The notes beneath the pieces were generated by a model, which saw nothing but the letters and a program-made list of their open reading frames with translations, was not told where the DNA came from and searched no databases. A stretch of 64,000 nucleotides of DNA, from positions 53,754,001-53,818,000 of the forward strand of contig NC_083225.1 in assembly GCF_032191835.1 (NCBI RefSeq), read 5' to 3'. Origin of the DNA: Heteronotia binoei. Taxonomy: Eukaryota. The translations under genes were made by a program, and so were the position numbers. Shown piece by piece: positions 50,856 to 64,000 of this stretch. Position 1 is the stretch's first letter, and every line of letters starts with the position of its first letter.

Positions 50856-51103
50856 AGAACAAAGTTGGAATCCAGTAGCACCTTTAAGACCAACAAAGTT
50901 TTATTCAGAATGTAAGCTTTCATGTGCATGCACACTTCGTCAGACAATGAAATGGGATACAGTGAGCAGTGCTACATATGGCTGGTGGGCAGCGGTTAAG
51001 CATGCAAAATAGTACAAAGAATCCCAATGGAAAAATAGTGAAATTAACAAACTGAAAGAACAATAAGTTTGGTCTGACCCAACATGCTGCCCACCTGAAT
51101 CTA
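50856..51103. mobile_element. Penelope-like element terminal (pLTR) fragment; related pieces ~455-540, 14875-14995, 23410-23515, 60595-60715
   Basis: Recurrent TCCAGTAGCACCTTTAAGACCAACAAAG motif followed by a hammerhead-like core; PLE assignment is inferred from the hammerhead association. Confidence 0.65.
50911..50946 (-). ncRNA. Minimal type I hammerhead ribozyme motif (Penelope type)
   Basis: Minus strand UGU-CUGACGA-A-GUGUGCAUGCACAU-GAAA-GC-UU-ACA: intact core, hairpin stem II, palindromic AGCU stem III, 3-bp stem I. Confidence 0.65.
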
Positions 51104-51932
51104 TCTACATGGAAGGTTACAAAATTTGACCAGACTACTCTGCTCCTTTGTAGCGGCTCCTGGAGCAGATCTTATGTACTTGTCCAAAGTCACTTCAGCA
51201 GCATTTGAATGAGCCACAAAGCCAAATCCTATGCATGTTTACCTGCAGTTATTCCATGGAGTACAAAAAGGTATGCATTTCAAGTAAGTGATATTTTAGA
51301 AGATGGATTTTAAACAGCACTGAGAGGGCTAAATTTAAGTCCAGTAGCTAGGTTTTAATCAGAAGGGAATTTCTGAAGTAATCTGGATCCTTTCAACTTT
51401 GCTGTAGCAGCCAAGACAAATCTGGTACAACTAGATCCAGATCAAATGTAAGTTTGATCAATCAAAAGGCTACAAATTAGGTTTTAACCAGCTCAGAAAA
51501 ACTTTATTTTCAAGGCAAAGTAGTTCTCCCTGAAGGGCCCCATCTGAATCCTTTAATCACTACCTGTTGTTCAATCACCATCCTTGCTGATTCCCACACC
51601 CTGTTTTATTAGCTATGACCCAAGGTGATTATAATAGGGTGGAGATTTTACCATTCCTATATATTTAGGGCTAGCTTGCAAGACAGCCAGAACTCTGAGA
51701 AAAAAACGTAGTAAGAAAGGCGGAAAAAAGGATAAAAGGCAAGTGAATTCAGTAACAAGGAAGCCAGACATTAGTCTCTGTTCCTCTCAGTACAGACTTT
51801 GCTTAAGTTAAAATGCATTAAAGTACAAAACAAGTCATGAAAGGAGAAAATGGAGGGGGGAAGAGATAGAAGTTATCCAGTATAGTACAGTGTTCTGTGT
51901 ATAACTATCTCCCTACTGGGCAAGTCTACTCA

Positions 51933-52313
<381 letters not shown>

Positions 52314-53476
52314 CTATGCAGCATATCCTGGTTCTAGCTATTTTAGAGCACTGGGTACAGGACACTGATCATCTCCACGCTACCATTCACGACATATAAC
52401 AAAATCCTGAATCTATTTCCAGTTATCAGTTTCAGGTAAAGCAACCTGTTTTTTCCAATACCTTTTCAAGCTAATGGATAAAACACAAAAAGACGTTTTT
52501 ACATGTTCAACAGAATGCTCATCTTGAAACGAGGTCACAACCTAAAACTGTGGGGAGGATCTGGTGGAGGAAGAAAGACGACAATCTGCTCTCCCCATTT
52601 GCCTGGATTTTTTCCCATTGTAAGCCATGTTTTGAGTCTCCACTGGGGAGACAAGCAGGATATAATTACGCAGTGCAAATTATTTTTGTTGTTACAGGAA
52701 ATGAAATAAAACTAATGAACACACACCTCTGATCATAAGAAATATATATATATATATATAGTGGTCTGTGGCACCACATCCTTCAGTGGGCATTCATAAA
52801 GGACATCAACTACAAACTTTGCCACCAAGTGATTCCTATAAATAGTTCTATTAAATGCATCTATGAAGTGTGATGCAACTTACAAAAACTTGTATCTAGG
52901 ACAAGGATTAGTTTGATAGCACCGCCTGGTTCATTGTGTTCTCAGAATCAAATGCTATCGTTCTTGCAGCTTCTTTTGCATTATTTACTAGGTTAGTGTT
53001 GCTAATAAAAAGTCCATAAGTTTAAGCATCCTTACTAGATTTAATGGTGTGTACTTCCCAATAAACAAGTTTAGGATTTGTCTGAAGCGTTTGCATTCTC
53101 TTATGATGCTGACTGTTTTGCCAAGAATATCTATAAACGACACCTCAGATTTGAGTTGTGTTTTAATCTGAAAGGGGTATCTATTTGAAGTCCCACTGTC
53201 AAACACAATGTGTGCTTCATTTCAAAGAACTCTATAACCTTCAACTTTTAGAAATAAAAATGATCAAACCAAAAAAAACAGTGCTGTTTGGAAGAGTTTC
53301 TGACATTGCAGCCTAATTTAATAATTACGTATGTCAAGTTTTTACATATTTGTGCACTGTTTTTATTATCATAGTAACCCATTTCAGAGAAATGTGGGCC
53401 AAAATGCACTAAATAAATTTTTATAACATGACAGTTTAGCAGCCCACAAGCTTCTAGACAAGAACAGAAGACATCA

Positions 53477-53866
<390 letters not shown>

Positions 53867-54038
53867 TCACACAAACCAGATTTAACATTATTTAGTAATC
53901 CACCCCGTGCCAAACTGTAGGAAACGACCAGGGAAATTGGGATGCCCACTGCAAGGGCAAGATCAACAAGTTTCTTTCCTGCTTTTAGTCTTGAGGGGGA
54001 AGGGATTTTCCACTTGTTAACTGCTATAGTATCAGGAC

Positions 54039-54271
54039 CAGTGTTCCCTCTAAGCTGAGTTAGTGTGAGCTAGCTCACAGATTTTTAGCTTCCAGCTCAC
54101 ACATTTTTGTCTTAGCTCAGGAAAGATGACCCCAGAGCACACTAATTTATTCAGTAGCTCACAACTTTAACGCCAGTAGCTCACAACTTTATTGCCAGTA
54201 GCTCACAAAGTAGAATTTTTGCTCACAAGAGCAAAGTAGAATTTTTGCTCTGCATCTTAGAGGAAACGTTG
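54039..54271. mobile_element. hAT MITE, CAGTGTTCCCTCTAA family
   Basis: CAGTGTTCCCTCTAAGCTGAG start; same body as 8661 and 39162; degenerate TSD. Confidence 0.8.
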
Positions 54272-57122
54272 ATTGTGACCTCTCCTCCCTCTTTAAAAAC
54301 AGACTTAAAACTATTAAAGACAGTTAAACAGGCTTATTCAACATGGATGAAGTCATGGCTCACTCTTTGGAGATTTGTATGAAACAGATACTATTAAATT
54401 TTGGTAAAAGACTCTTATCACCTTGAGCTAAATTAAGTTACTAAGAAGCACTTTCCATTTATTTCAGTGGAACACACTTCTAGGTTGTGCAGTCAGGATG
54501 AGATAGAATGAAGACACATGATGGTTTGCTTGTTGCTGTGCTCATGCAGCCACCTTCCACCTCCCCATCTTATCACTCATGGAATGGCACTGAAGGCTTC
54601 ATGTTTGGGAATCCTGAGTCATGCTCCAAGTTGCACGACTTCCTAATGCAGGCGCCAAGACAAACTGGTGCTTCCTCCCTTCTGGAAAAACACACACACT
54701 CCACACTGACAAAATACTGGTTTAGAAGCCTGGAGGGAAAGGAGAAAAACCTCCAATTCACCCAGGTGCCTGCCTCCCAACATCAAGCAACCTGACACCT
54801 GATTCAAGATTTTCCAAACTCAGAATCAATTGTGCCCCAAGTGGGAGAGGACTACAGTAGCACAGTAACAAGCTTTGTTAACACCCATCATGGACAAACC
54901 TTGGTTTGTCAAGACATCTGAATGCAGCCTCCAGCTTTTGCTGGCACAGCTTATCCTTGTCTGTAATTCTGGAGAAGTACATGAAAGCAGACAACATAAG
55001 GTCACATTTAGAGTGATCCTCTACAAAGGACATTAGGAGGCCAAAACTGTACACAAGCTGAAACCCAAACAATGAGCTACAAGCTTTATCAATTCATTTG
55101 TTTACAAATTACAAGTAATTTCAAATATTTACAGTTTAGAAAAGCCCTAATCTTCCCAACTTTTTCAACACAGAGAAAAGAAATATGACAGATTCAACAT
55201 CTCCCTTTTACTTAAGTGCTTCAATTGTCCCAAGCAGCATTTCCCAAACTGTAGATGGGGGGGTTCATGAGGATACTTCAGCAGTTTTCAGATTCTTCGT
55301 AAAAATGGAGTGCAGGACATTCTTGTATGCATTCAGCTAATGTAAAAATGCACCCAACCCCCAGTTTTCTAGTACTGGAGGCAGGAACTCTTCAAGGTAA
55401 GGCAAAGGGCAACCACCCCCTTTCATTCAATGGGCAGTAATTTATAACAGCTACTGCTGCCTGCATTCACCAGGTTCACAGCCTGAACCAGAAAACATGC
55501 AGAATGGACACTGAGAACCAACAATAGCCCTAGGAACCCTAACTGACTGAATGGTACAATCCTAATATAGTTATAGCTACCACCAGTATAAAATTGAATT
55601 GGGTTTTGTTCATTTTCATTTTCAGTTTCAGCATACAGATAAACATACTCTTCGCAGAAGATAACCACCTGTGGTTTTCAACTGAATACCTGAAGTTTAT
55701 ACTTAGGTCTTTATTTCTATCAGCAGCTCTGAAAAGTTCATCCAGGACTCTTCCTGCTCTTCTGGCTAGAAGTTATTACCCAATCAGGATGCTGCTCCTG
55801 GGGCATAGTCTCTTCCAATCAAGGAGTCAAATTAGGACTTCCATCAGAGCTTTCTAGTTGCGGCCATATAAAATCAGCTGTCATCTGAGACCCAGCCTTG
55901 TTCTCTGCTTTCAGACAATATAAACATTTTATTTAAACTTTTTGTTAAGGAGAGCTAATGTGTTTCTCACTGGTGGCACTTCTTGTTTTGAGAACATCAG
56001 GGGATGGAGGCTTCCATGGGACATTCATGACTTCTTGGGCACACATAAGGGGGCCAGAACAAGGTAGAGGGCCTGGTGGAGTTCCTGGTTGCGAAAGTTT
56101 GAGAGTCACATCCATATTTAATTATCCAATTAAGTATTTCAAAAACTCAGTATTTGGATTTTTACAAAGAATGAGACAGTATTGTGTCAAAGTTGATTTT
56201 AGGAAGGTCAGGCATTTTCCTAGAGTAAGCATGTTTCCAAATAACATGGCCTACATATCTTGCTATGCTGACAAACCATCTCAACAGTGTACTGGATTTT
56301 AATAGGATTACACTAAATTAAAAGCATTGCTCGGGATAAAATGAGATCATAACTCACAAATACACACGTCAGCATCTCTCAATCAGGCAAGTAAAGCTCA
56401 GGGTGACCTCAATTATACTCCAAAAAGCTCCATCATAATGATAAAATTATTCTTAACCCTTCCTAAATTAAGAAACAATAGTGGGAGCCCAAGCTGTTAT
56501 CTAAAGAAATATATAAACAATATGAGAGGTGGGATTCTTTGGATATTGACTGCACCTGTGCCAAGAGACCAACAGGCAAAAAAAAATGTAAAAATGTTTG
56601 GGTCTTCAGCATTGTTCTTAATTGTAGCAGACATTTCATAATTCCATTTCTAGATTTCTCATCTGAGCAAACATACACCTTTGTAATTTGTGGTTTTGAT
56701 GCAGAAGCAGAAACATTTCTTAAAAGCAGAAAAATACAGTGAGAGGGAAAAAGCTCCATGCTATTCAAAAGAAAACAACTGGAGATGCTTTGTGGAGCAA
56801 AATTTTCCCCACATTTGTCAATTCCAGGAAGTCTCCTTTGATTACAGAGGGAGTGTTCTAAAAAACAGGGATTCAACTACAGGTCAGTCATGCTTAATCA
56901 CAGTAATCTTGTATCAGATAAACAGTTGGAGCTTACAAAATCTTTGCCAGAATACTTTTCCTTTTTCCATAAGCAGATGACACAAAATTGGCAGACAAGC
57001 TTTAAAATGAAAAACTGCAAAACACTCCATCTCAACTCTTATAAGAATACAGGCTCTAAGAATACTGCACAAAAGATTACTAACATGTTAATCCCAATAT
57101 GTTTACTCAGGACTAAGTCCTA

Positions 57123-57320
57123 CAACCTGACTTGGATAGCCCACACTACCCTGATCTCATTAGAACTCAGAAGCTAAGCAGAGTCAGTCCTGTTTAGTAT
57201 TTGGATGGGAAACCACCAAGGAACACCAGGGCCTTAATGCTGAGGCAGGCAATGGCAAGCCACCTGAATGTATCTTGCCTTGAAAATCCTACAGGCTTAC
57301 CATTAAGTTAGCTGTGACTC
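57123..57320 (+). mobile_element. 5S rRNA-derived SINE
   Basis: CCTGATCTCATTAGAACTCAGAAGCTAAGCAGAGTCAGTCCTGTTTAGTATTTGGATGGGA head plus shared tail. Confidence 0.8.
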
Positions 57321-59847
57321 AGTGGGATATGCCTGCGCGTATTTAAGGCCTACAAAACTCACTGGAACTATGTGACCTTGTTTACGATTGCTGTGCAGTA
57401 TTTCTCAAAAATTATATTCAGAGAGATTTGAATTCTCATAAAAGCCGATCTATTCTTATAGCATGAAAGATCAGATGAACTGACAATTTAATTCAAAGAT
57501 AATTTTTATAAGGGAAGAAAACTAAAAAATACATAAAAGTTCAGCACAATGTACCTCAATGGAGTAAGTATCCTACAATTATACACAAATACTGATCAGG
57601 TGCATTCTATTCCACCTTTCTTTCTTACATGTCTCCTCCATTTTGATGTCAATTAAAGCTATGGGCCATCTGTGCTATTAAATAAGGTTCAGTTTCATTA
57701 TCCAATATTATGTTTGTTCTGGAAAAAATTCAACCTCATTTCTGAAGCTCACTGTACTGATGCCCAAAACAGAATAATTTTAAAAGCTCAAACCATCAAT
57801 ATAACTCATTGTGTCACATGTACATATTCTAGGAGTTTTTATATGAGCACCTACACTACCAGATACTTTCGATTTTGTATGCGATCTAAGCTATTACCCC
57901 AAATTCAGCCTTGGAAAGTTGCTAAAAGTTCTCATATTACAGCATAAATGACCCCAAGAATCATTCTGTAAGTACAGAGAAAAAGGACACTGTCACTGTT
58001 CTACTCTCATACAAACCAGTCTAAAATTATGTAGGAGTTGAGCCACAGCAGCATTTGCTGGAAGGCACTTTTAAAGGATGAGGTGTTTTGAATCACCTTC
58101 TCAAAATTATCTCAGAATCAGAGATGATGGGATTGAAACCTGGGACCCTAGGCTTGCCAAGCAGATACTCTAACACTGAGCCATGGACCTATGCCTGTGT
58201 AAGAGACAGGAAATGGGGAGCAGTGGAGCATCAAACCCAGTTCTTCAGATTAGCATCCACCACTCTTAACCAGTATACCAAACTGGCTCTCAGAATGGCT
58301 GCTGCAGGGGAGGCAGAGCCAACCAAAAAATCTCAGTGATTGAGACAATATATAATTCTAATAGTAACTATTCAACATTTCAGGCAGAAGCTCTGTTTAA
58401 CAGGACGTCCTTTAATCTACACTACCAATCAGAAGTACTGCTTAACAAAAGCCCCACCTACAGTGTAAAAACATTCAGCAGGTGCCAGGAAAAGTGTTCG
58501 GGGCACCATGATGCTCACAGGCACTAAATTGCGAGTCTATGCTGTAGAACAAATGCCCAATATTAATATGTTTTAAAAACATTTATTTAACGTTTATATT
58601 TTTTTCAGTCTCTTCATCTCAGACTCTGCCTAGCCTGTCACTAGAATATACCAAACTATCAGTGTGCAAATAAAGAACGTAAAAATTAAAAAGTGTGCTT
58701 TACACTTACACATAAGTAGCAACAGAAACAATTCAACAGACTAGTGTATTTTTAAAAGAGATATTTAGTGGTTCTTCACTATGGAATCCCAGTACCAAAA
58801 CATTCAAACAGGGCTCCCAACCCACATAAGGCAAGATACACTACAATTCATGTTATCAGCATAAGATATTGCCTAACTCTGGAGGGGAGACTGTAGTCAT
58901 ATTGTACTGGAACTTAAAAGTGTGACTGGGATACTGGTTTTGCTCATGCAAAAAGCTTCCAGATTTCCCTGCGTTCAATTATGTGGTAAATTGGATTTAC
59001 AGATGCTTTAGGAGGAGGTGAATTTTTGTGATTTGCTCCCTAGATATTCAAAGTCATAACTCTGCTTCAAATGGAAAAATATCTCCACAAGAGCTCAGTC
59101 CTAGAAACAAGGGTCAAAAGATTAAAATCATTATTTATACACAAAGTATAATAATTCTTCTTGAGTTTCATAGAAGTTAAAAGAAAGGGCCAACTGTCCA
59201 TGCAGTCATTAAAAATGAAGACTGCAGTGATGTGAGTTTTCTGGAAAAATATAAACCAGGAAATGTTCTGGAAAATGTCATTATGCACTAAAAGTATAAT
59301 TTGATTCAGTATATTCATATAGATGTATTTAGTAAACGTTTTTTTAAAAAAATTAAATTTTATGTTTATTTTTATATCTTAACAACAACAAATACTTGAA
59401 TATATGATTAGGAAAAATACAAATCAAGTGCAATTTAAAATGTTATATTCAAACAAACAGACAAAGTTTTGCTGGAATAATACTTGCAAGAATATAAAGA
59501 CAACATAGCATATACTTCCTCTATATTGTTTATCTTTAAGAAAAAAAATAAAATGCACCAAAATGGTTCACCCAATAACAGAATTAATCTAGGAGTTCAA
59601 CAGAAACTCTTTATAGTATTGCAGTAAAATTTTAGCATATCCAAATGTATGTTAGGTGCTCCTAGCGAATAAAGAACTGTTGCTGCTACCCATTTACCCT
59701 TCTGGCATTACTCCTTTTTTCACATTCAGAACAAGGAAATTGTCTATTTTCCTTCCTTTCCCCCCCCCCCCTCCAGCAGCAGCTGCTGTTATCTGCAGTC
59801 AGCAAGTAAGAGAACAGAGAAAAAAGCAGCTATGAATTCACACCTAC

Positions 59848-60055
59848 AACATATGAAGCTGCCTTATACTGAATCAGACCTTTGGTCCATCAAAGTCAGT
59901 ATTGTCTTCTCAGACTGGCAGCGGCTCTCCAGGGTCTCAAGCTGAGGTTTTTCACACCTATTTGCCTGGACCCTTTTTTGGAGATGCCAGGGATTGAACC
60001 TGGGACCTTCTGCTTCCCAAGCAGATGCTCTACCACTGAGCCACCGACCCTCCCC
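59848..60055 (-). mobile_element. Young tRNA-derived SINE (same family as 1109-1327)
   Basis: Reverse complement differs from the 1109 copy at 2 positions over about 205 nt. Confidence 0.9.
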
Positions 60056-60274
60056 AATTGAAGAAAGAATTAGTATTAAACCCTCTAAGATTCCAAGAAC
60101 TGTCTCCTACAAGCAATAAAAAGGGGATACAGTTCATAAGATATCACAGAAGCTCAATATGCTTAGATTCAAGCATATTCTGTAAACACATACTGAAAAG
60201 TACATGTTAGCTAGTAGGTAAACAGAAACAAAGCAAACAAATGCCATATTTCATTCTGGAACATTCAGATCTCA

Positions 60275-60481
<207 letters not shown>

Positions 60482-61513
60482 TCAGCATTTTACGTTGTAA
60501 ATATACACACACACACGAAAGTGTAAGTATGAAGTTAATGTAACAAGTTAGCACAGGCACTGCACTAATCAGCAACACAAAGAAAGAAGTTTCAGAAGAT
60601 AGCTGTGTTGGTCTCCAGCAGAATAGGTAGATTTGAGTCCAATAGCACCTTAGACAGCAACAAGATTTTTTGGAGCATAAACTTTTGAAAGTCAGAGCTC
60701 CCTTTGTCAGGTAAGTTGTTCTCACTTTATATTAAGCAAAGAGGACTGGTAAGAACTGAGCAGTCAGCAGCAAGGAAGTTGCTGTTTTAAAAAACCCTGA
60801 ACACTTCCTACCATTACCCCAATTTTTAAGGGACATTATAAAGCCTGTTCCTGGCACTGTTAACATTAAGAACATTTGTGATCCTTCTTATATTGATTCT
60901 CACAATTCTGTAATGACATTTTTCAAATGGTGTAACTCCAAACAGAGCTCACTATATAAGTTTCTCCTGAAACTCCCAGAGAATTCATACTGCAGTATTC
61001 CTTAAAGTTATTTCACACTGCTGATGGTAATCACATAAGTGGAATTGGTACAGCTATAACATTATCCATTGGGCTGTTGTAAACTTACTTATGGCTTGGA
61101 GGCTTTATGATCTCAATTAGGCTCACATATAAAAGCTGCAGATTCTTCTGGGTTTTGATCTATACAGCCATCATGCAATCAGCTCACAAACCTTCCCATA
61201 CCCTGCAAACACTAATTGGTTTCTCTGAAGTGTACTTAACCTTAAAAACATACACAAAGTACTAGATTATCAATACTTTAAGAAATGCACTCTAGCACCT
61301 TTCAGAATGTGTTTTACTTGACAAGGCCATAGACAGTGAGGATAAATACTAGCTAACATATGGCATGAGAGATAGGATCAAGCCTTTGTTTAAAAAAAAA
61401 CCAAGTCAAAGCCCACATCTTATATCATATATCCTTTCCACTACAAAACAAATATATCAAGCTCAGGTTAGTCACATGCAAAATGGCTTAGTTTTCAACT
61501 TCATGGTATAAGA

Positions 61514-62116
61514 CGGGTGTCAAACATGCAGTTTGGGGGCTGAATCAGGCCCCCAGAGGACTCCTTGGCAGGGCGGGTGGGGTATAAATCAAATTAAACT
61601 TGAAACTATCAGGCGCCCCCCCCCCCCAGCAACTGACTGTGATCTGCTTCCTTCTCTGTTTCGTTCTGCATAACAGTTTGCTTTGCAAGGCTTGCTTAAT
61701 CGCACAGGAGCTACAGAGCAAAACCTCTGTTTTCTCTGTTGGCTGAGGTTCCTCCCTTGGGGAAGAACGGGGAAGGAATAGCTTGCTTGGCCAGCCTCTC
61801 TCAATTGCACAGTGGAGCTACTGAGCCAAGCCTCTCTTCCTTCTATTGGCTGAGGCTCGTCCCTCCCCCTAGTCCCCTGAGGAAGGAAGGAAAGAGCCAG
61901 AGCTTCTTTGCCCAGTTCCCAGGATCCCATAGGAGAAATACAAAGAAAGCATCTTTAAGACCAATAAGTGCTAACAGTTTAAGCATTTTTTAAAAATATA
62001 TTTGTGTTTGTCTGCGTTCTTTGTATCTCTGCTACCTAATCTTAAATAGGCCCGGCTCCTCAAGGTCTCATTTATGTCAGATCCGGCCCTCATAACAAAT
62101 GAGTTCAACATCCCGG
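61514..62116. mobile_element. Non-autonomous hAT (CAGGGGTGTCAAAC family) in CNOT11 intron 1
   Basis: Body homologous to 49063-49661; TSD GTATAAGA/ATATAAGA. Confidence 0.85.
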
Positions 62117-63059
62117 ATATAAGAGACTTAGAATGGTACAGGCTATGAAAGAAAAAGAACTGGTTTTTATACCCTTCTTGTGTCTACTCTGAGGGGTCTC
62201 AAAGCAGCTTACAATTTCCTTTCTCTCCTCACAACAGGCCCCTTGTAAGGTAGGTGGGGGCTGAGAGAGCTCTAAGAGAACTGTGACTGGCCCAAGATCA
62301 CCCAGAAAGCTTGTGGAGGAGTGTGAATTGATCCCAGTTCTCCAGTTTAGAATTGGCAGCTCTTAACCACTACACCACACTGGCTTTCCTAGTTTCTAAA
62401 TACACTCATAAAATAGATACTGTTCTATTACAACTGGATAAAAATCAGCATGCACTAAAGGGCAAGATGCACCTTAATGCTGATTATTATTAATCATCAG
62501 GGTCCACACTGTAATAACAGAAGGGAACAAAAGTCTTAAACCACACTTTACTGAAAGGTCTTAAACCACACGACTGATCACCAGAGCTGGGAAATTAAGA
62601 GAAACTGTTCCAGATTCCTCAGTGAAGGCTACAAGATCCATCCATAAAACATGTAACATGTGAGAAAGATGGGGCATCAAAGTTATAACAAAGGATACAG
62701 TTAGCATTGCTTAAAATGGCTGTATTATAAAGGGGCATCCATGCATGGTTTTAAAAAATGCAGGGGGAAAGAGAGAAGATAATGGATTTATATCCTGCCC
62801 TGTACTCTGAACCTCAGAGGGGTCACAATCTCCTTTACACCTTCCTCCCCCCACAACAGACACCCTGTGAGGTAAGTGGGGCTGAGAGAGCTCTTATAGC
62901 TGCTGCCCTTTCAAGGACAGCTCTGCGAGAGCTATGGCTAACCCAAGGCCTTTCCAGCAGCTGCAAGTGAAGGAGTGGGGAATCAAATCCGGTTCTCCCA
63001 GATAAGAGGCCGCTTACACCACTACACCAAACATGGCCATAAACAAGGTCATCTCTAAA

Positions 63060-63960
63060 AGATGCTTTAACGGAGAAGCCAGTTCCCGAGGCGGAGTACC
63101 TGAGAGCGGGGGTCTCTCGCCGTCGTCCCCTCCTCCGCCAGCGGGGCCAGGGCCGGCGTTTGAGGAGGAGGAGGCGCGCTCGGGGGGCGCGGGGTTGAGG
63201 AGGTGGGCGAAGATGGCGGCGAAGGGGTTGGCGGCCAGGGGCTCGGTGCGGTACATCTCCCACAGCAGGTAGAGGGCGGTGAGGCGCTGCGGGGGGCTGG
63301 GCAAGAGGTCGGGCTGCTGAAGGAGCAGCACCAGGACGGAGCCCACGCGGAAGTGCTCGGCCTTGCCGAAGTAGTGGTGGAAGGCGGTGGAGAGGCCCTC
63401 GAAGGTGCTGCCTCCGGCCTCCTCCGACACGATGCTCAGCAGGCTCGACAGCTCCTTCGGCGAAAGACTCATCTTCTCCCCCGCCGGCGGCGGCGACACC
63501 GCCTCGCTGCTTCTACTAGGGCTGCTGGGGCAGCTGCTAGAGCCGCCGCCGCCCGGAATCGAACCTGCACTCGCCGCTGCGCTGCCAGCCTCGGAACTGA
63601 TGCCAGCCTCACCCCCGGGCATTCAGCGCCTCCCCGCCCGCTGCCTCACTTGCGCGTCCGCGCGCGCACCTGCTCAATTACCGCCGCAGCTACTTCTACG
63701 GCCGCCACCGACGCGGCCTCATGGCTTCATCCTTCCGCGCGCGCATGCTTCAGTAACGTGTCCCCATTTGCGCATGCGCGCTACCATCTTCTTCCCTCCC
63801 TCCCTGTAGCTACTGCTAAAGATCCCTGTTCCAAGCGGGCTTTCTTTCCCCCCGCCCATCATTGTCGTAAAGCCATGGGGAGGGGCCGGGAGGGAAAGAC
63901 GGCGGTTTCTATGGGAAGACTAGGAGTTCGCGGGTTCCCCCGCAAAGAGATTGGTCCTTT
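63060..63960 (-). promoter_or_regulatory. CNOT11 CpG island / promoter with NRF1-type sites
   Basis: CpG-dense; TGCGCATGCGC at 63769-63779 and GCGCATGC at 63741-63748 match the NRF1 consensus. Confidence 0.75.
63100..63622 (-). CDS. CNOT11: CNOT11 exon 1
   Basis: ATG at 63622; low-complexity MPGG... leader, then [18 protein letters not shown]...[28 protein letters not shown]; donor G|gtactc; 523 bp; total CDS 1542 nt = 513 aa. Confidence 0.95.
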
Positions 63961-64000
63961 CTTTTCACACGGGAAGGAGGGATTGGCTGCTAAAAAGCAG

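Noticed and set aside
57123-57230. 5S rRNA gene (also 15460-15576 and 24191-24290)
   Set aside because: Diverged, fused to a shared non-5S tail and dispersed, so these are SINE heads.

Overview
Vertebrate genomic DNA, squamate and probably gecko (inferred from the SINE, hAT, CR1 and Penelope repeat landscape). It covers the conserved cluster CREG2 (last two coding exons, +), RNF149 (complete, 7 coding exons, 402 aa, +), SNORD89 (+) and CNOT11 (complete, 7 coding exons, 513 aa, -). RNF149 and CNOT11 converge. All exon boundaries were read by hand, and phases and GT/AG sites are consistent. Introns are full of non-autonomous hAT elements with 8-bp TSDs, tRNA- and 5S-derived SINEs, CR1 and L2 remnants, Penelope fragments, and a 3-kb 5'-truncated L1 whose ORF2 has no stops. 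The most unusual structure is a TIR/TSD-bounded hAT-type element (44713-47374, containing a 200-N gap) in the shared termination zone of the two genes. It carries an ETS/CRE motif array, a 432-bp-arm palindrome with mirror-image poly(A) signals, and a GC-rich nested-hairpin minisatellite with one flipped loop. Also notable: a Penelope-type minimal hammerhead ribozyme core in sense orientation in CNOT11 intron 4, and SNORD89 lying downstream of the RNF149 stop codon. Gene and family names come from recalled sequence knowledge, not database searches.
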